From: the human T2T-CHM13v2.0 reference genome, Homo sapiens
DNA: 64,000 nucleotides
Strand: one strand, 5' to 3'
Assembly (NCBI RefSeq): GCF_009914755.1
Contig: NC_060931.1
In this document: one piece after another, positions 46,550 to 62,894 of the stretch
How the letters are laid out: each line of letters starts with the position of its first letter
Numbering within the stretch: the first letter of the stretch is position 1
Position numbers and translations under genes: made by a program
Notes under the pieces: model-generated
The model's database searches: none
Seen by the model: the letters and a program-made list of their open reading frames with translations, nothing else
Told to the model about the DNA's origin: nothing

Positions 46550-49010
46550 TATAAAATAATTATACCCACAGGAAGTTCTAGATATGTGTTTAAAAGCACT
46601 TGTATACAATCATTCAAGTTTAACAACTTGTGTTATTTACTACATTTGTCCAATTTAAAAATAACGTTAAAATCTTCAGTGTACCCATATGTTTTTATTC
46701 ACTCCTCCCTCCCCAGATATAATCATATGATCATCATCCTGAGTCTGGTGCTTATCATTCTCTCACATGCTTTTACAGTCTTCTGTCATAGATATGTATA
46801 TAGAGAGAATATATAGAATAGTACTGCAAATTATTGTTCTAAAAATAGTATATCGTAGGTCTCTTTGCACCTTATTCCTATGTTGTTTTTGAGATCTATT
46901 CATGCTGCTAATTGTTAAGTAAATGTTAATTTTGTAATTCATTTCCCTATTTGCTAGATGCATAGTTGGTTGATAGATACATAGATGGTTTTCTGTTTTT
47001 AGAGAAAGAATACTGTAGCAAATCATTTTGTGCACATTTTTCTGTGCTCATGTGCAGAAATTTTTCTAGACTATATATCTAGGAGTAGAATTTTCTGAGT
47101 TTTAGGCTATGCACATCTTCAAGTTTCCTGCATATCATCAAATTGCTTTTCAAAATGGTTGTTCTGGTTTACAATCCCACTGGTAGTGCATAGACATTCC
47201 TTTTGTTAGACAGCTTTGCCAAGATCTAAAGATTTTGACAACATATATGTGAAATCTTATTAATTTGTAATTTCCTGATTAGTGAGTAATGTATCATTTA
47301 ATGATTTTCTTGGCCATTTGAGTTCTATTCTGTGAATTGCCCATTGAGATCCTTTATCCACTCCTCTGTTGGGTTGATCATCTTTTAAAAATAGGCTCAT
47401 AAAATGTCTTTAGGTATTCTGGATTTGAATCCTTTGCAATTTATGGTTATTGCAAATATTTCCTTGAGTTTTTTTTTAACTTTGCTCTTTTTTGTAAAGA
47501 GTATTTTCATATTAATGTAATATTTAAATATATTAACCTTTTACTCTGAGTCTTATACTTTCTCTATCTTGATAAAGAAATTATTTTCTTCATTAATGTC
47601 AAAAACAATTCACCAATTTATCTATATTTTTTCTTCTTCATTGTTTTTGGTCCACTTTGCCCTTAAACCACTGATTTAGTTTTATATAGCATGAGGTAGA
47701 AATCTAGTATTTTGTCTATGTGGATAAATAATTCCCCAGATGAATTTCTTGAATGTTTCAGTCTTTCTCACAGATTTATGTCAAAACTATTATGTATATA
47801 TGTTTCCATATATATGTAGGTTTACATATTTTATTTAAATATGTATTTAATTCTCATTTTATTACTTTTTTTTCCATTCATGAGCCAATAACATGTTGTT
47901 TTAATGACTCGGACATTATAGTGAATCTTGATACCAACTAGAAAAGTAGCTACATTATCCTATTTTTTCTTCAAAATTGTCTTGAGTAATCTTGGTACCT
48001 TTATTTTTCATTTAAATTTCAGGATTAAACTGTCAAATTCCATGTACACTTTTGTTAGGATTTTATTGTTATTGTATTCATTTTGGTGATTTATTTATGA
48101 ATATTGACATTTTTCACAGCCAGTCTTTCCATCCACAAATATGCTACATTTACTTAAATCTTTTACATCCTCTAATTATGTTTCACAATTTCGTTATACA
48201 ACTTTTGTGCAATATTTGTAAAATTCATTCCTAAGTCCTATATAAATTTGTTGCTATTATAAATGGAATCATTCTCTCCATTATGCTTATCTATTTGTAT
48301 ATCTCTGATGTAGAGGCATGCTATTGATTTTTATGTTATTTATGTATACATACAGTAAACTTGTTGAGCTCTGTTATTAGTTCTAATAATTTTTCCATGG
48401 TTAATCTTGAATTTTCTATGCAGACAGTTATATCTCCTGTGGAAAATGGCAATTTTGCTTATTTCTTTTCAATTTTTATAATTTCATTTTTTAAAAAATT
48501 TTACTACATTGGCTAGAACTTTAAAAAATCACAGATTTTCAAATTTTATGCTTATGGTTATAACAGAATAGTCCAAACGTTTTAGTAAAATTAGTCTATA
48601 ATATTATCTAGATATAATGTGTTTCAGAGGTAGAAGTTATTATTTTTCAATGGCATTTTGTTTATTTAGTTTTAAATTTAACTGTTTTATTTCTTCTTGA
48701 ATCAGGTTTTGTAATTTATTTTTTCCAGAACTTATCTCATGTTTTTCATTTCATGACAATTCATTGTTTAAACATCGATTTCTATTTCCATAATGTATCC
48801 CCATTGTCCCTTCTGATGTTGCTTATTGTGCCTTTTTGCTTTGTCAATACTTGTAGAGATTTGTTACTTCTTAAAATTTTCTCTAAGAAACCACCTTGTT
48901 AATATTATTTCTTTATCATTCATATGATTTTTATATTGGTTCATGTTTTTCTTCTATTTTACTTATGTATAGTATTTTTTAGTTTTTGAAAATGAGTACT
49001 TAAATTTATA
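46550..49010 (-). mobile_element. Old L1ME-type ORF2/3' region
   Basis: Degenerate antisense ORF2 motifs (atatctaggagtagaatt, tttgttgctattataaatggaat). Confidence 0.7.
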
Positions 49011-49039
49011 CTTTCTGACAGCAGGTCTTTTAGCAGTTA

Positions 49040-49800
49040 TACTAAAACTGAAAACAATGAAGTTAAATATTCCAAGTTTAGAGGGAATATATTTATCAAT
49101 TTACAGTTTTTTCTAAGCTAAATTATATTTCCAGAAGAGGGCAAAATGTAGACGATATCAGGTATGCAAAGGCTGATAGAACTTAAAGCCACAGACTCTC
49201 AACAAGGATATAATTAGTAAGAAAGTAAACCCACTGAAAAACCATGAATATAAGAATAATGCTATAATTCAGAAATTGACTTTTTAAAAATTCAGTAAAT
49301 TTAATTAAATATTGACATTAGGAAAACTGTTTTCATACTTACTGCTAATGTGTTTAAAGTCGATTATATTTTTCTAATCTTTTAAATTTATTTCTGTAGC
49401 TACAGTTCTTGCTTCATTTCTCATTGATTTTGTTTTTCAATTAAAAAATGATGTTAATTTTTATCCCTCTTTGAGTGTTCTAGAATAGATATTTTAGTGG
49501 TGGGACTATAATTTATCTAGAATGAATCAGTATTCTGATAGTTAATTTGTTTGACTTTCTTTCTTTTCAGTAATTCTGTAAAATGTGTTTTCCTTTGCAG
49601 ATTTATTTTCGATTAGCGGATTTTTGTTTCTCTACCTTTTTGTTTCTCCCCTTTGTTTTCCCTATCTTTTGACTTTGATTTTACCTTATTTGGGCTTCAG
49701 GACCGCCAGTTCAGAATTAGGCTCTATAATGGTGGTTGGTGGTCCTGTCTTCTGATAGTATTTAAAATGGTAAGGCTGTGTTTCTGCGTGGCGGGGGCCA
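49040..49800. mobile_element. HAL1/L1M ORF1-like remnant, apparently in two orientations
   Basis: 49040-49300 resembles sense ORF1/HAL1 (gagggcaaaatgtagacgatatcaggtatgcaaagg). The downstream part is T-rich antisense-like. Confidence 0.35.
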
Positions 49801-49855
49801 TAGCTCCCTGTAAGCCACTGTGACTTCACCATTGCTTACTACTTGGTGGGTTTTT

Positions 49856-49906
49856 GTTCACAGAGATGTTTTGGGTTCACAGAGATGTTTCGGGTTCACA
49901 GAGATG
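49856..49906. repeat. 19-bp tandem repeat, ~2.7 copies (gttcacagagatgttttgg)
   Basis: Read directly from the sequence. Confidence 0.9.
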
Positions 49907-50619
49907 CTTAGCTTATTTTCAAATCAGCTATGTGCTTTTGGTTTTCTCTTTTTGTGCTTCGTCTATTACCATTATGCATTTCAAACACAGGGTTTAAAAA
50001 TATGAATTTATTATGTCTTGTTCACTGTAAGTTTTTGTATATCTTCAGTAGAAAATACTAAGCATAACTTCAACTTTTCTTCACAAGTTAGGTAACTGGT
50101 GTTTGAAAATTAATTATTGTATCATGCGATAGCACAGTTGTATTCTCAAAACATTTTTTAAGTAATTCCCCTTTCCGCTAAATAACCTCCAGTCAAATCA
50201 CTAAAAGCTGCTTATTTTACTTCCTATGTATTTTTCAAATTTGTACTCTCCTCTCTGTAGCTACAGTTTCTGCCTAATTCAGACTATCATGAGATTCCTA
50301 ATTTGTCTCCCTATCTTCAGGTCTGCCTCCAAAATATATATCCCATAGGCTCCTTCAGATCTGACCATTTTATGTCTCCTCTCCCCCAGGTGGAGGTCTA
50401 GCTTCCTACTGAGGCACACAAGCCTCACATGGCCTGATCTGTGCCCATCTCTAGTCTTCCAAATCACCTCGGTTCCCCACATGCCTCATGCACTTCCTTC
50501 TGCCCATAATTCTGGTCACTCTTTCCTATTCCTGAGCAATCCTACATATCTTTCAGAATTGATCTCAGGTATTCTTCATTAAACTCCCAGACTGGGCTAG
50601 TTTTAAACTTTGCTCAGTT

Positions 50620-50975
50620 TTGGGCACCAATGTTTGAGTTCCAGAAAAAGTTGCAAAGGTAGTACAGAGAATCCCTGTAAAATCTCCACTCAGTTTTAGT
50701 TTCCTTAATGTGATCATCTTACATTACTGATATATTTGTCAAAACTAAGAAACTAACATTAACATTGATACATTACTATGAACTCAACTCCATTTTTTTC
50801 CAGATTTCAACAGTTTATCTGTTAATGTCTTCCTGTTCCAGAATCCAATCCAGGATACTGCATTGCAGTCCTCGTGTTTCAGAATCCAATCCAGGATACC
50901 ACAATGCATTTAGTTGTTATTTTTCTCAGTTTCCTCTTATCTCTAACAATTTATCAGCTTTTCATTGTTTTTCTT
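50620..50975 (-). mobile_element. L1MC-type 3' fragment
   Basis: cagaaaaagttgcaaaggtagtacagagaatccc motif. Contains a local duplication of cagaatccaatccaggatac. Confidence 0.7.
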
Positions 50976-52830
50976 ATTCCATTTTGTAACCCAGCAACTA
51001 AGTGACCTAAAGTAAAGTAAGTGAGAAAATAGAGAATAAATTATTCTGGTTTTGCTAGCTTTTCTGCATTCTCATTTTGCTATTTGCCCTTTATTTTCTA
51101 ACTGCTACTAAAAATCGCTGCTTTGTACTGCACACAAATGATCTGGCTACCAGTCCCAGCAACTTTACCTCTGGACTTTATGTTAGCTACTTCTGGCTCA
51201 TAGGCCTTTTCCATTTCTTCTGGGTCCACAGTAATTTCCTGGATGAATTTAATTAAAAGGTTTAGGCCTTTTAATTAAATAATTATTAATAAAGTAAATA
51301 AGATTAGAGGTTACAAAACTGAGAATCTAAAACATTTCAGAGGCACCATTCAATATAAGATCAAGTGGTAAGATGGGATTCCAAAATTTCACGGAGGTCT
51401 AGCAATGTAAATGCAGTAGATTTCATGTCCACAAGATGAGAAGACAGCAGACCCCTTTCAGTATTTAGTACCATCAGCTCCTTGCTGGCCATAGGATGGA
51501 ATAACAATGCTAAGGAGTGTCACTTTGTACAAGACAAACGTCTTTTAGGAGTTAATGCTAATATATGAGCTATGACCTTAGATCAAGCAGCAGTGAGAAT
51601 GTGCCCCAGTGGAGTGCATATGACACTAGGACCAATAATTCACTACTGGATTTGAGGGAACAGCATAAAGCAGGCAAGAGAAAGAATTTTGAAAATATCT
51701 GCATGCAGTTGTGTAGTTTTAGGCCTAGATTGTTCACTCCTCTAAATAGTATCTCCAAGCCCTGTAAATGATAACTTTGTCCTAACAGACACACTTTTAG
51801 ACAAAGAATCTCTAGTTTGGATGTATAAATTTTATTCCCTTAAAGTCTTCAATGATACTTAAGCCTGCCCTAAAAACAATGAATAAAAAAGTTACTTGGT
51901 CTAACTGGATACAAAAAGTAATTTTATAAATTTACTAACAATATTCCAACAGACTTTTCACATTATCCCCTTTATAACCCTTTGACAAAAATACAATTTA
52001 GATAGATCACAGCTTTGGAAGTACCTGCAACTGAGAAATACAATAACAAAGATTATAGAGTTTTTCATGAACGTCATCCCCAAAGAGTTACAGCCAAATT
52101 ATTTATAACCTATGGGGGGAAATAAAACTCAGGGTTGCATTTATATGTAATCTTATTGTCCTGAGGCCAGGCTTACTACAGAGAAACAAAGGCTTTTGCT
52201 CAAGATAGATGGTGGCCTTTTGGACAATACCTGTTAGCACAGTGATTGGTACAGTTACACCACCCTAATGATTATATAATTACATGCACACAAGTTAAAA
52301 GCCAAATCTGGAAACCTTGCACACCAACACCAGACACATAATTCACTACTAGCTCTGAAGGACAATCATTTGATTCTGTCTTTTTTCCTTGCATATGTAA
52401 ATGGCAGTCAAACCCCCTATACCTTAATGACTAGTATAGAGCCTTTCACAGAGGAAGTAGATTGTCAAAAGATACTTCTTGGTGAAATATATGATGGTGA
52501 ATCTAATTAATAAAATGATTTTTATGCAACATTCCTATGTCTTCCCAGACTCGAAGAATTATCCAACCCTGAGACTGAACCTGACAAATCTGAGCAAAAA
52601 AATGTTTATGCTTCACGAAACTACAGTGAACTTTTAGTAGTCAAATGAGTTTTCAGCTTTTGTTTTGGGGATAGGGAAATATCCTTTTAGGTGAGCCAAT
52701 GGTACCAAGTTCATTCTTTTCCATTCCAACAAAAACTATCCCAACTCAGTCTCCTGTTAACTCTCACTGGACAGCTACAAATTGCTTTTTTGTTGAGGTC
52801 CTAGCCTCGGGTCTTTCCTTTACCTTAGAG

Positions 52831-53065
52831 CAGGGGCGTCCAATTTTTTGGCTTCCCTGGGCCACATTGGAAGAAGAATTGTCCTGGGCCACACATAAAA
52901 ATGCTAACACTAATAGTAGCTAATGAGCTTAAAAAAAAAAAAACAAGGAAGAAATAGCAAAAAAATCTCATAGTGTTTTAAGAAAGTTTAAGAATTCATT
53001 CTGGGCCACATTTGAAGCTCTCCTGGGCCTCATGAGGCCCATGGGCCGCAGGCTGGACAACCTTG
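52831..53065 (+). mobile_element. MER30 (hAT-Charlie MITE)
   Basis: CAGGGGCGTCCAA...GGCTGGACAACCTTG termini, 8-bp TSD ccttagag/cctcaggg (6/8). Confidence 0.85.
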
Positions 53066-53746
53066 CCTCAGGGAATATTATCTCCTTAGCTCTCTTTAAG
53101 CATAGCTCAGATCATTTGAGAGCTGCATGAGGAAAATTTTTAACAGATTTATTGAGGTATAATTGATATACAATACAGTGCACATATTTAAAGTGTACAA
53201 TTTGGTGAGTTTTGATCTGCAAATTCTTCACCACAGTTGATAGTGAACATCACCACTACCTCTTGACAGCTTCTTTCTGCCTCTTTGTAATCTAGTCCAC
53301 TAACCCTTCCCACCTCATTCCACCCTACTCCTGTCCCCAGCCAGCCACTTACCTGCTTTCTGTCACTATAGATTAGTTTGCATTTCATAGAGTTCTATGT
53401 AAGTGGAATCAAATGTATGTACTCTCTTTTTCTGGCTTCTTTCACTCAACATAATTATTTCAAGATTCATCCAATAGCTTCTTTTGTACAGGTTAGTGGT
53501 ATTCCATTCTATGAATATGCCTCAGTTATTTATCCATTGGCTCGCTGATGGATAACATATAAATGTTATGGACATTTGAAATATTTTGAGTTTTGGCTTA
53601 TATTAATGAAGCTACTCTAAATGAGGTACAAGTCTTTCTGTGGACATACTCTTTCATTTCTCTTAGGTAAATACAGGGGTTGAAATAGCTAGGTCATGGG
53701 GTATGTGTATATTTAACTATTTTTAGAAATTTCCCAACTGTTTTCA

Positions 53747-54112
<366 letters not shown>

Positions 54113-54451
54113 TTATTTACCATCTCAATATCTTGTCTGGTGGACTGTCTATTCAAATCTTTTCCCCGTTTTTTGTAAATTTTTATTCTTTATATATTCA
54201 GGATATACATCTTTTATTAGATGTATTTGTAAATATTTGTAAATATTTCCTTCCAGTTTGTGGCTGGTCTTTTAATACCCTTGGCAGCATCTTTCAAAGA
54301 GCAGAAATACATAATTTTGATGAAGTTTGAATATCAAGTTTTTATTTGATGGATCATGCTTTTGGTGGTGTATCTGTGTCTGTTAATATTTTTCTATCTC
54401 TAAATCAAAATTTTCTAATGTGTTTTTCTGTAGAAGTTTTGCACTTTAAGC

Positions 54452-56100
54452 TTTTTATTGTAATAAAAAGATACAACATGTGATCTACCCTATTAATGCA
54501 TTTTTAAGTGTACAGTACATTGTTGTTAACTATATGTGTATTGTGGTACAACAGTTCTCTAGTACTGTTTTGAGTGAGTAAAACTCTATACCTATTGAAC
54601 ATGAACTCCCCATCCCTTCTCAGCCTGGAAGCCTCAATTCTACTCCTATGAGTTTGACTACTTTAGATACTTCATATGGGTAGAATTATGCAGTATCATT
54701 TGTCCTTCTATGACTGGCTTGTTTCACTTAGCATATCTTCAAGTTTAATCCATGTTGTTGCATTTGACAGGTTTTCCTTCATTTATAAGGCTAAACAGTA
54801 TTCCATTGTATGCGTATACCACATTTTCTTTATTCTTCAATGGACATGTAGGTTGTTTTCACCTCTTGGCTATTGTGACTAATGCTGCAATGAACATGGA
54901 AGTGCAAACATCTCTCCAAGATTCTGTTTCAAATTCTTTTGCAGAAATACTCAGGAGTTGAACTGCTAGGTCACATACATAGTAGTTATATTTATATAAT
55001 ATAATATATATAATATTTTTGAGGAGCATACATACTGTTTTCCACAGTAGCTGAACCACTTTATTTTTCCATCAACTGTGTAAAATTGTTTCAGTTTCTC
55101 CACATTTACACCACTTGTTTTGTTTTTACTTTTGATCCTGGCCATCCTAATACGTTTGATTTGATATCTCATAGCAGTTTTGAATTGCATTTCCCTGATT
55201 ATTAGAAGTAAGAATCTTCTCATATACCCATTGGCCATTTTGATGTCTTCTTTGGAGAAATATCTGTTCAAGTTCCTTGCTCATTTTTTAGTTGGGTTAT
55301 TTGGAATTTTTGCTATTGAGTTGTAGGAGTTGCTGGTGTACTTTGCATATTAATCACTTATCAGATATATGATTTGGAAACATTTTCTCTAGTTTTATAG
55401 GTTGCCTTTTACTCTGTTGTTTCCTTTGCTATACATAAGCTTTTAAATTTATATAGTCCTACTTGGCTATTTTTATATTTTTTGCCTGTGCTGTTGGTGT
55501 CATATCCAGGAAATTATTGCCAAGATCAGTGTTATAAAGCTTCCTCCTATGATTTCTTCTAGGAATTTTAGAGTTTCACATCTTATTTAAGTCTTTAAGC
55601 CATTTTGAATTATGTGCCTGGTGTCATATAAAGGTCCAATTTAATTCTTTGCATGTGGATATCTCATTTGTCCAGCACAATTTGTTAAAGAGATCATCCT
55701 TCCCCCACTGTATATTCTTGGCACCCTTGTCAAAAATTAGTAGACCCTATATGCATGAATTTATTTCTGAACTCTATTCTGTTTCATTGGTCTATGTGTC
55801 CATTTTTATACCAGTACTATACTATTTTGATTACTGTAGGTTTGCATTATGTTTTGAAGTCAAGAAGTATGATGCCTCCATCTTTGTATTTTTTCCTCAA
55901 CATTGTTTGGTTACTTGGGGTCCTTTGTGGTTACATCTAAATTTTAAGTTTGTTTTTTCACATGATCTGGGATGCAAAAGCCTCTTAACTGATTTCTGGA
56001 TTTACCATAAAGGGAATTGGTCCATGTATTGTTGAGTCAATGTCTCTGTGGGGAGAGAGAGATAGTCAGGGGCTTCCTATTCCACTATCTTGCTGATGTT
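54452..56100 (-). mobile_element. Nested L1MA/MB element with a large internal deletion
   Basis: 3'UTR plus ORF2 C-terminus (MNRYFSKEDIKMAN...) joined at ~55958 to a ~140 bp L1 5' terminus (ACATCAGCAAGATAGTGGAATAGGAAGCCCC). Confidence 0.7.
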
Positions 56101-58659
56101 ATTGTTTTAAGTTTTTGCATTTATTCCTACAACCCATGAGTTAGTTTTTAAAAAATGCAATTAGATACACAGGGAAGTTGTTGTTGTTGTTATTCTTTAT
56201 CTTCATATGGATGGTCAATTGTTTAAGAGATTATCAATTGTCCACTGAAAACAGCATTTAAAAAATCACTATTTGTGTAAGAGATTATCCTTTCTCTACT
56301 GAATTGCTGTTGTATTTTTTTTTGCTAAACTTAAGTATGGGTCTATTTATGTACTCTTTGTTCCACTGATCGATTAGTATGTCTTACTACAGTACAACAC
56401 TCTCTTGATTACTATAGTTTTATGATATTTATTGAAGTCAAGGAATATAAATTCCATAGATTTGTTATTTTTTGTCAAAGGAGTATTGGCTTTCCTAGGC
56501 CTTTTGTATTTACATATGAATTTTAATGCTGGTATGTCAGTTTCTATTTTGATTGGGATTATGATGACTCTGTAGATCAATTTTGATGAGTTGACATCTC
56601 ATTACTATTGTGCCTTTGAACTGTTAACACAATGTAGCTCTCCACTTATTCAAGTCATCTTTGATTTCTCTCAAGAATTCAGTGCACAATTTTGGCACAA
56701 TTTTGTCAGATTTATTCCTAAGTATTTCATATTTATTATATTATTGTAAATTTTTAAAATAATTAATTTCTTACTGTTCCTTGCTAATATGTAGAAATAC
56801 AATTGATTTGTGTTTATGATCTTATATCTTACAATTTTTTCAGCTGACTTATTAGTTCTAGGAGCTTTTTTTTGTAGATTCAATAGAATTTTTTACACTG
56901 TTTTTAAAATAATGTCTTTGGTTTTGGTATCAGAGGAATACTGTCCTCATAGAAAGTTTGGAAATATTCTTTCCTCTTAAAATTTATGGAAGAGTTTTTG
57001 TAGGATAGATATTATTCCATTCACAAATTAGAATTCCCCATAAAGCCAAATAGATCTGGAGTCTTCTGTGTAGGAAAGTTTTAAACTACAAATTCATTCA
57101 TAGATATTAAGTACTCATGTTATCTATTTCTTTGTTTGTGATCTTTTGTAGTTTTTGTCCTTAAATGAATTTTTCTATTTTCTATTTCATCTAACATTGG
57201 ATATTTTACCTTGTACAGTGATGGATATTTTGTGTTCCCATGGATATTCTTGAGCTGTCTTCTGGAATTCAGTTAGGTTACTTGAAGTTTGATCCTTTTG
57301 AATCTGGGCTTTATGCTTCTTTTTGGGGCTATAGCATTGTTTAGCACTAATTTTGCTCAATCTGTGATACAAATCTCTTCTACAATTCTCTCTGATGTTC
57401 TATGAATTATTGAGATTTCTAATATGACTGCTATAAGCAGAAACTCTTCTTGATCTTGTTTGAGTTGTGGTTATTTTTCCATTTATTCCTTTCAAATGGC
57501 TCTTTTTCCAGGCCTAAATAATTTTTTTACACAATTGTGCTCATTACTACTTAGCTTACAATGCAATAGCAACTTCTGCAGATCTCTGAAGCATGCATAT
57601 ATTCTCTCTCTCCCTCTTTCAATGAATCTCTTTTTTTTCCAGTGCTCAGCCCCAGGAACTCTAGCCACCTTGACCTTCCTGGGCTCCTAGCTCTATCTCT
57701 GCAACTCAGAGACATTGCTGGTACCTGGGTTCCCCTCCCTTGCACTATAGCTGGAAATCTCTCTCCAAACAGTAAAGTTACCATCGTTGGAGTTGTCTTG
57801 TTTATTTTCTATCTCTTTGTGGCTACTGCTCTATGTTGCCTGATGTACCAAATATTTAAAACTATTGTTTCATGTATTTGTCCAATTCTTTGTTTCAGGC
57901 AAGAGGTTACATCTAGGCCCTGTTACTCCATCTTTTCCAGAAGCAGAAATCAGCATAAGAATTTCTAATATTTGTTCTGTAACTATTTATGTGCATTTTG
58001 TAAGTGAACTTCCATACAGAAGTGTGGACATAAGAACTACTATTTTAATTGAGGTGGAAGTTGGGCTCTATATACTCTCTCCCTTGACAAATATTCTTCT
58101 CATTTTTATAAACTTTGAGGCTTCTTTGTGTGATTTTTAAGCTTGTAATTAGGTCTGATTCAATAATCTGATGTGATAAAGCAAAATTCTCCATATTGTA
58201 TCTCTAGCATGTTTTTCCAAACTTCTTTTTCATTGTTACTTTCTAAGCCTTATATTTCTGCCAATGAAACTACATTATGTTCATTGTATTATTAAGTTCT
58301 ACCCTTTCGTGTGTCTGTATGCTTTTATATTGTTCCCTACACTTGAAATATTTTCTACCATTTCCACATGGCAATATATTGCAACATTAAGCTCAAAGAG
58401 CGCTTCCTAACCAAATCTTTCATAAAAATGCTTGTTTAAATAATTTCTACTGTTAGAATTTCATAGTATCAGTCTATGTTTTCTTATCCTACTTTGTATT
58501 TTATATGGCATCTGAGTGCAATTGTGAATCATCACTCTTTGTGTCTAATATCTGTAATATTTGTCATATAGGTAGTTAGTACCAAATATATTTGAATAAA
58601 TAAATATACTTTAATGTATAAGGTGGTTATATAATGTCTTTTTTTTTCTATGCACAATA

Positions 58660-58880
58660 TTAGCTAACATTTATATAGCACTCATTGCATGTCAGATATA
58701 ATTATAAATGTTTTATCTGTATTTACTTATCAAAATAGCCTTGTGACGTATAAATTAATATATTGATTTTGTACATGGCAAATGTTAAGTAACTTCACCA
58801 AGTTACTTTAAGTAGTGTTGCTGGGATTGGAACCAAGGCAGTCTAATTCTAGAGGCTACTCTATTAATCTCTGTGCTAAG
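58660..58880 (-). mobile_element. MIR
   Basis: agctaacatttatatagcactc...gggattggaaccaaggcagtctaattctagag. Confidence 0.7.
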
Positions 58881-59082
58881 TGCCTCTTAGATAAAAAATT
58901 AATACTTAATTTCCTATAGTATTAATTTGTTATTTTATGTATGCTTATCTTTTTTTACATATAGTTATTAAGCTGTTTGTGGACAGAACCACATTATATA
59001 CTTTTAGATCCCTTCCAATCCATCCTGGACTGCAGCATAATTAATTGAACATAGAGATATTCAGTTTAAAAACTTTTTTATT

Positions 59083-60820
<1,738 letters not shown>

Positions 60821-61260
60821 TCATTTACTAATAACTTCTTATCCACTTATAAAAGCAATGTAGAATTACTTATAATAGCATATACAACTGCTTTCCCCAA
60901 CAAAACTATAAAACAATATGTAGTAAATATTGTTGAGTTTGCCTAGACTTTTTCTCCTCTTAACTTCCTAATGGCATTGCTGTTTCAGTTCCTGGAATTA
61001 TCTATTCCACATTGTATCCCCACTAGCGAGATTAAATCAGGTTCCTGTAACCACAAGTCAGTCATGGGACCCAAGCTTTTGCAACTTCATTTCCCTCTGA
61101 CCAGACTGTCCTTCTTCCTAGATTATTGTTGTGATTCCTATTTTCAAGGCTGTAGAGTTGCCTTGGTTCCTGCCTCCCACCAAGCTTTATTCTCTGAACT
61201 CTCGATATTTCTGATGATTTTGCTTTTGGTGCAAATTAGCCAATTTGCACGAGATTGGAA

Positions 61261-61348
61261 CAATTGTGGAAACAATTATGCAGTTGTGCAAACAGTTGTG
61301 CAAACAATTGTGCAAACAATTGTTTGTACAAAATTGGAACAAACAATT
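61261..61348. repeat. Degenerate 12-bp tandem repeat (ttgtgcaaacaa/g) ending in an inverted copy
   Basis: Read directly. It produces the VVQT/IVQT repeats in ORF 60971-61384. Confidence 0.85.
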
Positions 61349-62894
61349 ATAACTGACCTACAAGGATACAAGGGCAGAAATTAGAGGAGGCAGTAATGAC
61401 ATACTTCTTAATCTCAGAAAACCTAGACTGGAACAAATCAGGCAAAATTACAAAACATAAAAAAGCTTAGCTTTGAATTTTCTGAACACCAACATAAAAA
61501 ACCCAAAGTTTCATAACTCTTTAAATTATAGGAAAGGGGATCAGATAAAATCATTGGGAGAGACCTCCTCCTTTTTTGCTTCGAACATTGAGTAAAACAT
61601 GAAATGTCAGAATTTGTATGTAGACAATGAGCAATATAATGGCAGTACCTTCAGTAGCAGTTTCATCAAATTACTGCAGAGCGTTTCTTCATAAAACCAT
61701 TTATTACATCAGCCCTCAATAAAAACTGAGGACATAAGGCTAAATCAAGTGCTGTGAAGACATTTCTATAATTTATTGATTTCCAATTACAGCATAAACC
61801 TGAGGAAAGCATGACAGACTTCCATGTGTCAGAACTGACACTTTTATCTCTGAAGTGCACACTGCAGGGAGAGAAAAACCTGAAAAAAAAAAGATTTTAA
61901 ATACATTACGTTGTGAAATTATAGTTAAATATTAAAATTAGGTGCCTTTTCCCATTTTCCATAACATAATACTAAATATAATTACTTCTATATTACTTTA
62001 AAGTAACTACAAATATTTTATTGATGCATATAGATTTATGAGGATGTTTAGGGAGAAGCCATCTCAGTTAAACAGGAAAGAGTTCTTAATCTTTAAAATC
62101 TTAATTATAATCAGAAGGAAGCAAAAATCTTTAACTACTTACCATTTTGTAAACTCTTGTAACTTAATTTGTGAAATTCTCTATTTCTACTTTATATCAT
62201 TTTAAAAAGAAATCTAATTAGAGATTTTTATCAAAAACACCTTAGGCAAGAATTCCCAAATGAGAAGCAAACAGAAAACTAAGCAGGAAGGTAAACTCTG
62301 ATTGTAATAAGGAAACAAAATAAAAAGTATGCAAAAGTGTCAGTGAGACAACAACAGGCTTCTACAATTACACTCAGGAGGGAGATGGTGGCTTATGTAT
62401 TGTCTCCTTTTTTAAATAAATGAGAAGGGGAATAAAATGCAGAATAATCAAAATGGTTGACACACAGCTCTTTAAAAATAGGTTTCCAATTTGCGCAAAT
62501 GAAGAAATAACATTTTCTCTAAAGGCACATGAGGAAATACAAGTAATGAAGCAGTAGGCAAAATAAAATAGAAAATGTGAATGAAACAAAATGGCTTGTG
62601 TTTGAGGTATTGAAATCAACTAGGCTGATTTAATAACTTATTTGGGGGAAGCCAAATGGAATTGGAAAACAACAGAACTATTTCAAAAATTTGCCCACTT
62701 TTTAAAAGAAAGCAAGGAAGAACTATGAATTCTACCTAAATATTTATTACTAACCAATTCTGAAAAGTAATAAAATGAGATGACAGAAGGAAAGTGTACT
62801 GCTGCTAATAAAGAGAAAATAAAAAATGATAATGACTGGTGGCAATTATTTATTCCAGTTTTAAACATGCCTTATTCTCATGATCATATGTCAT

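Noticed and set aside
49856-49906. Short direct repeats as a CRISPR-like array (also 61261-61348)
   Set aside because: Head-to-tail tandem units without unique spacers, in primate DNA with no cas genes.
51800-52500. Possible ancient CR1/L3 RT remnant
   Set aside because: Similarity too faint to support without an HMM search.
52549-52648. Possible + strand terminal coding exon (cttcccag|A, LEELSNPETEPDKSEQKNVYASRNYSELLVVK*)
   Set aside because: Short, no recognisable protein and no partner exons, so it is within chance expectation.
60971-61384. 137-aa ORF with VQT repeats
   Set aside because: The repeats come from the 12-bp DNA tandem, and the rest has no protein-like features.
61666-61885. 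Tandem minus-strand splice acceptors and a 64-aa ORF
   Set aside because: No convincing donor or homology. Poly-T plus CAG arises often by chance.
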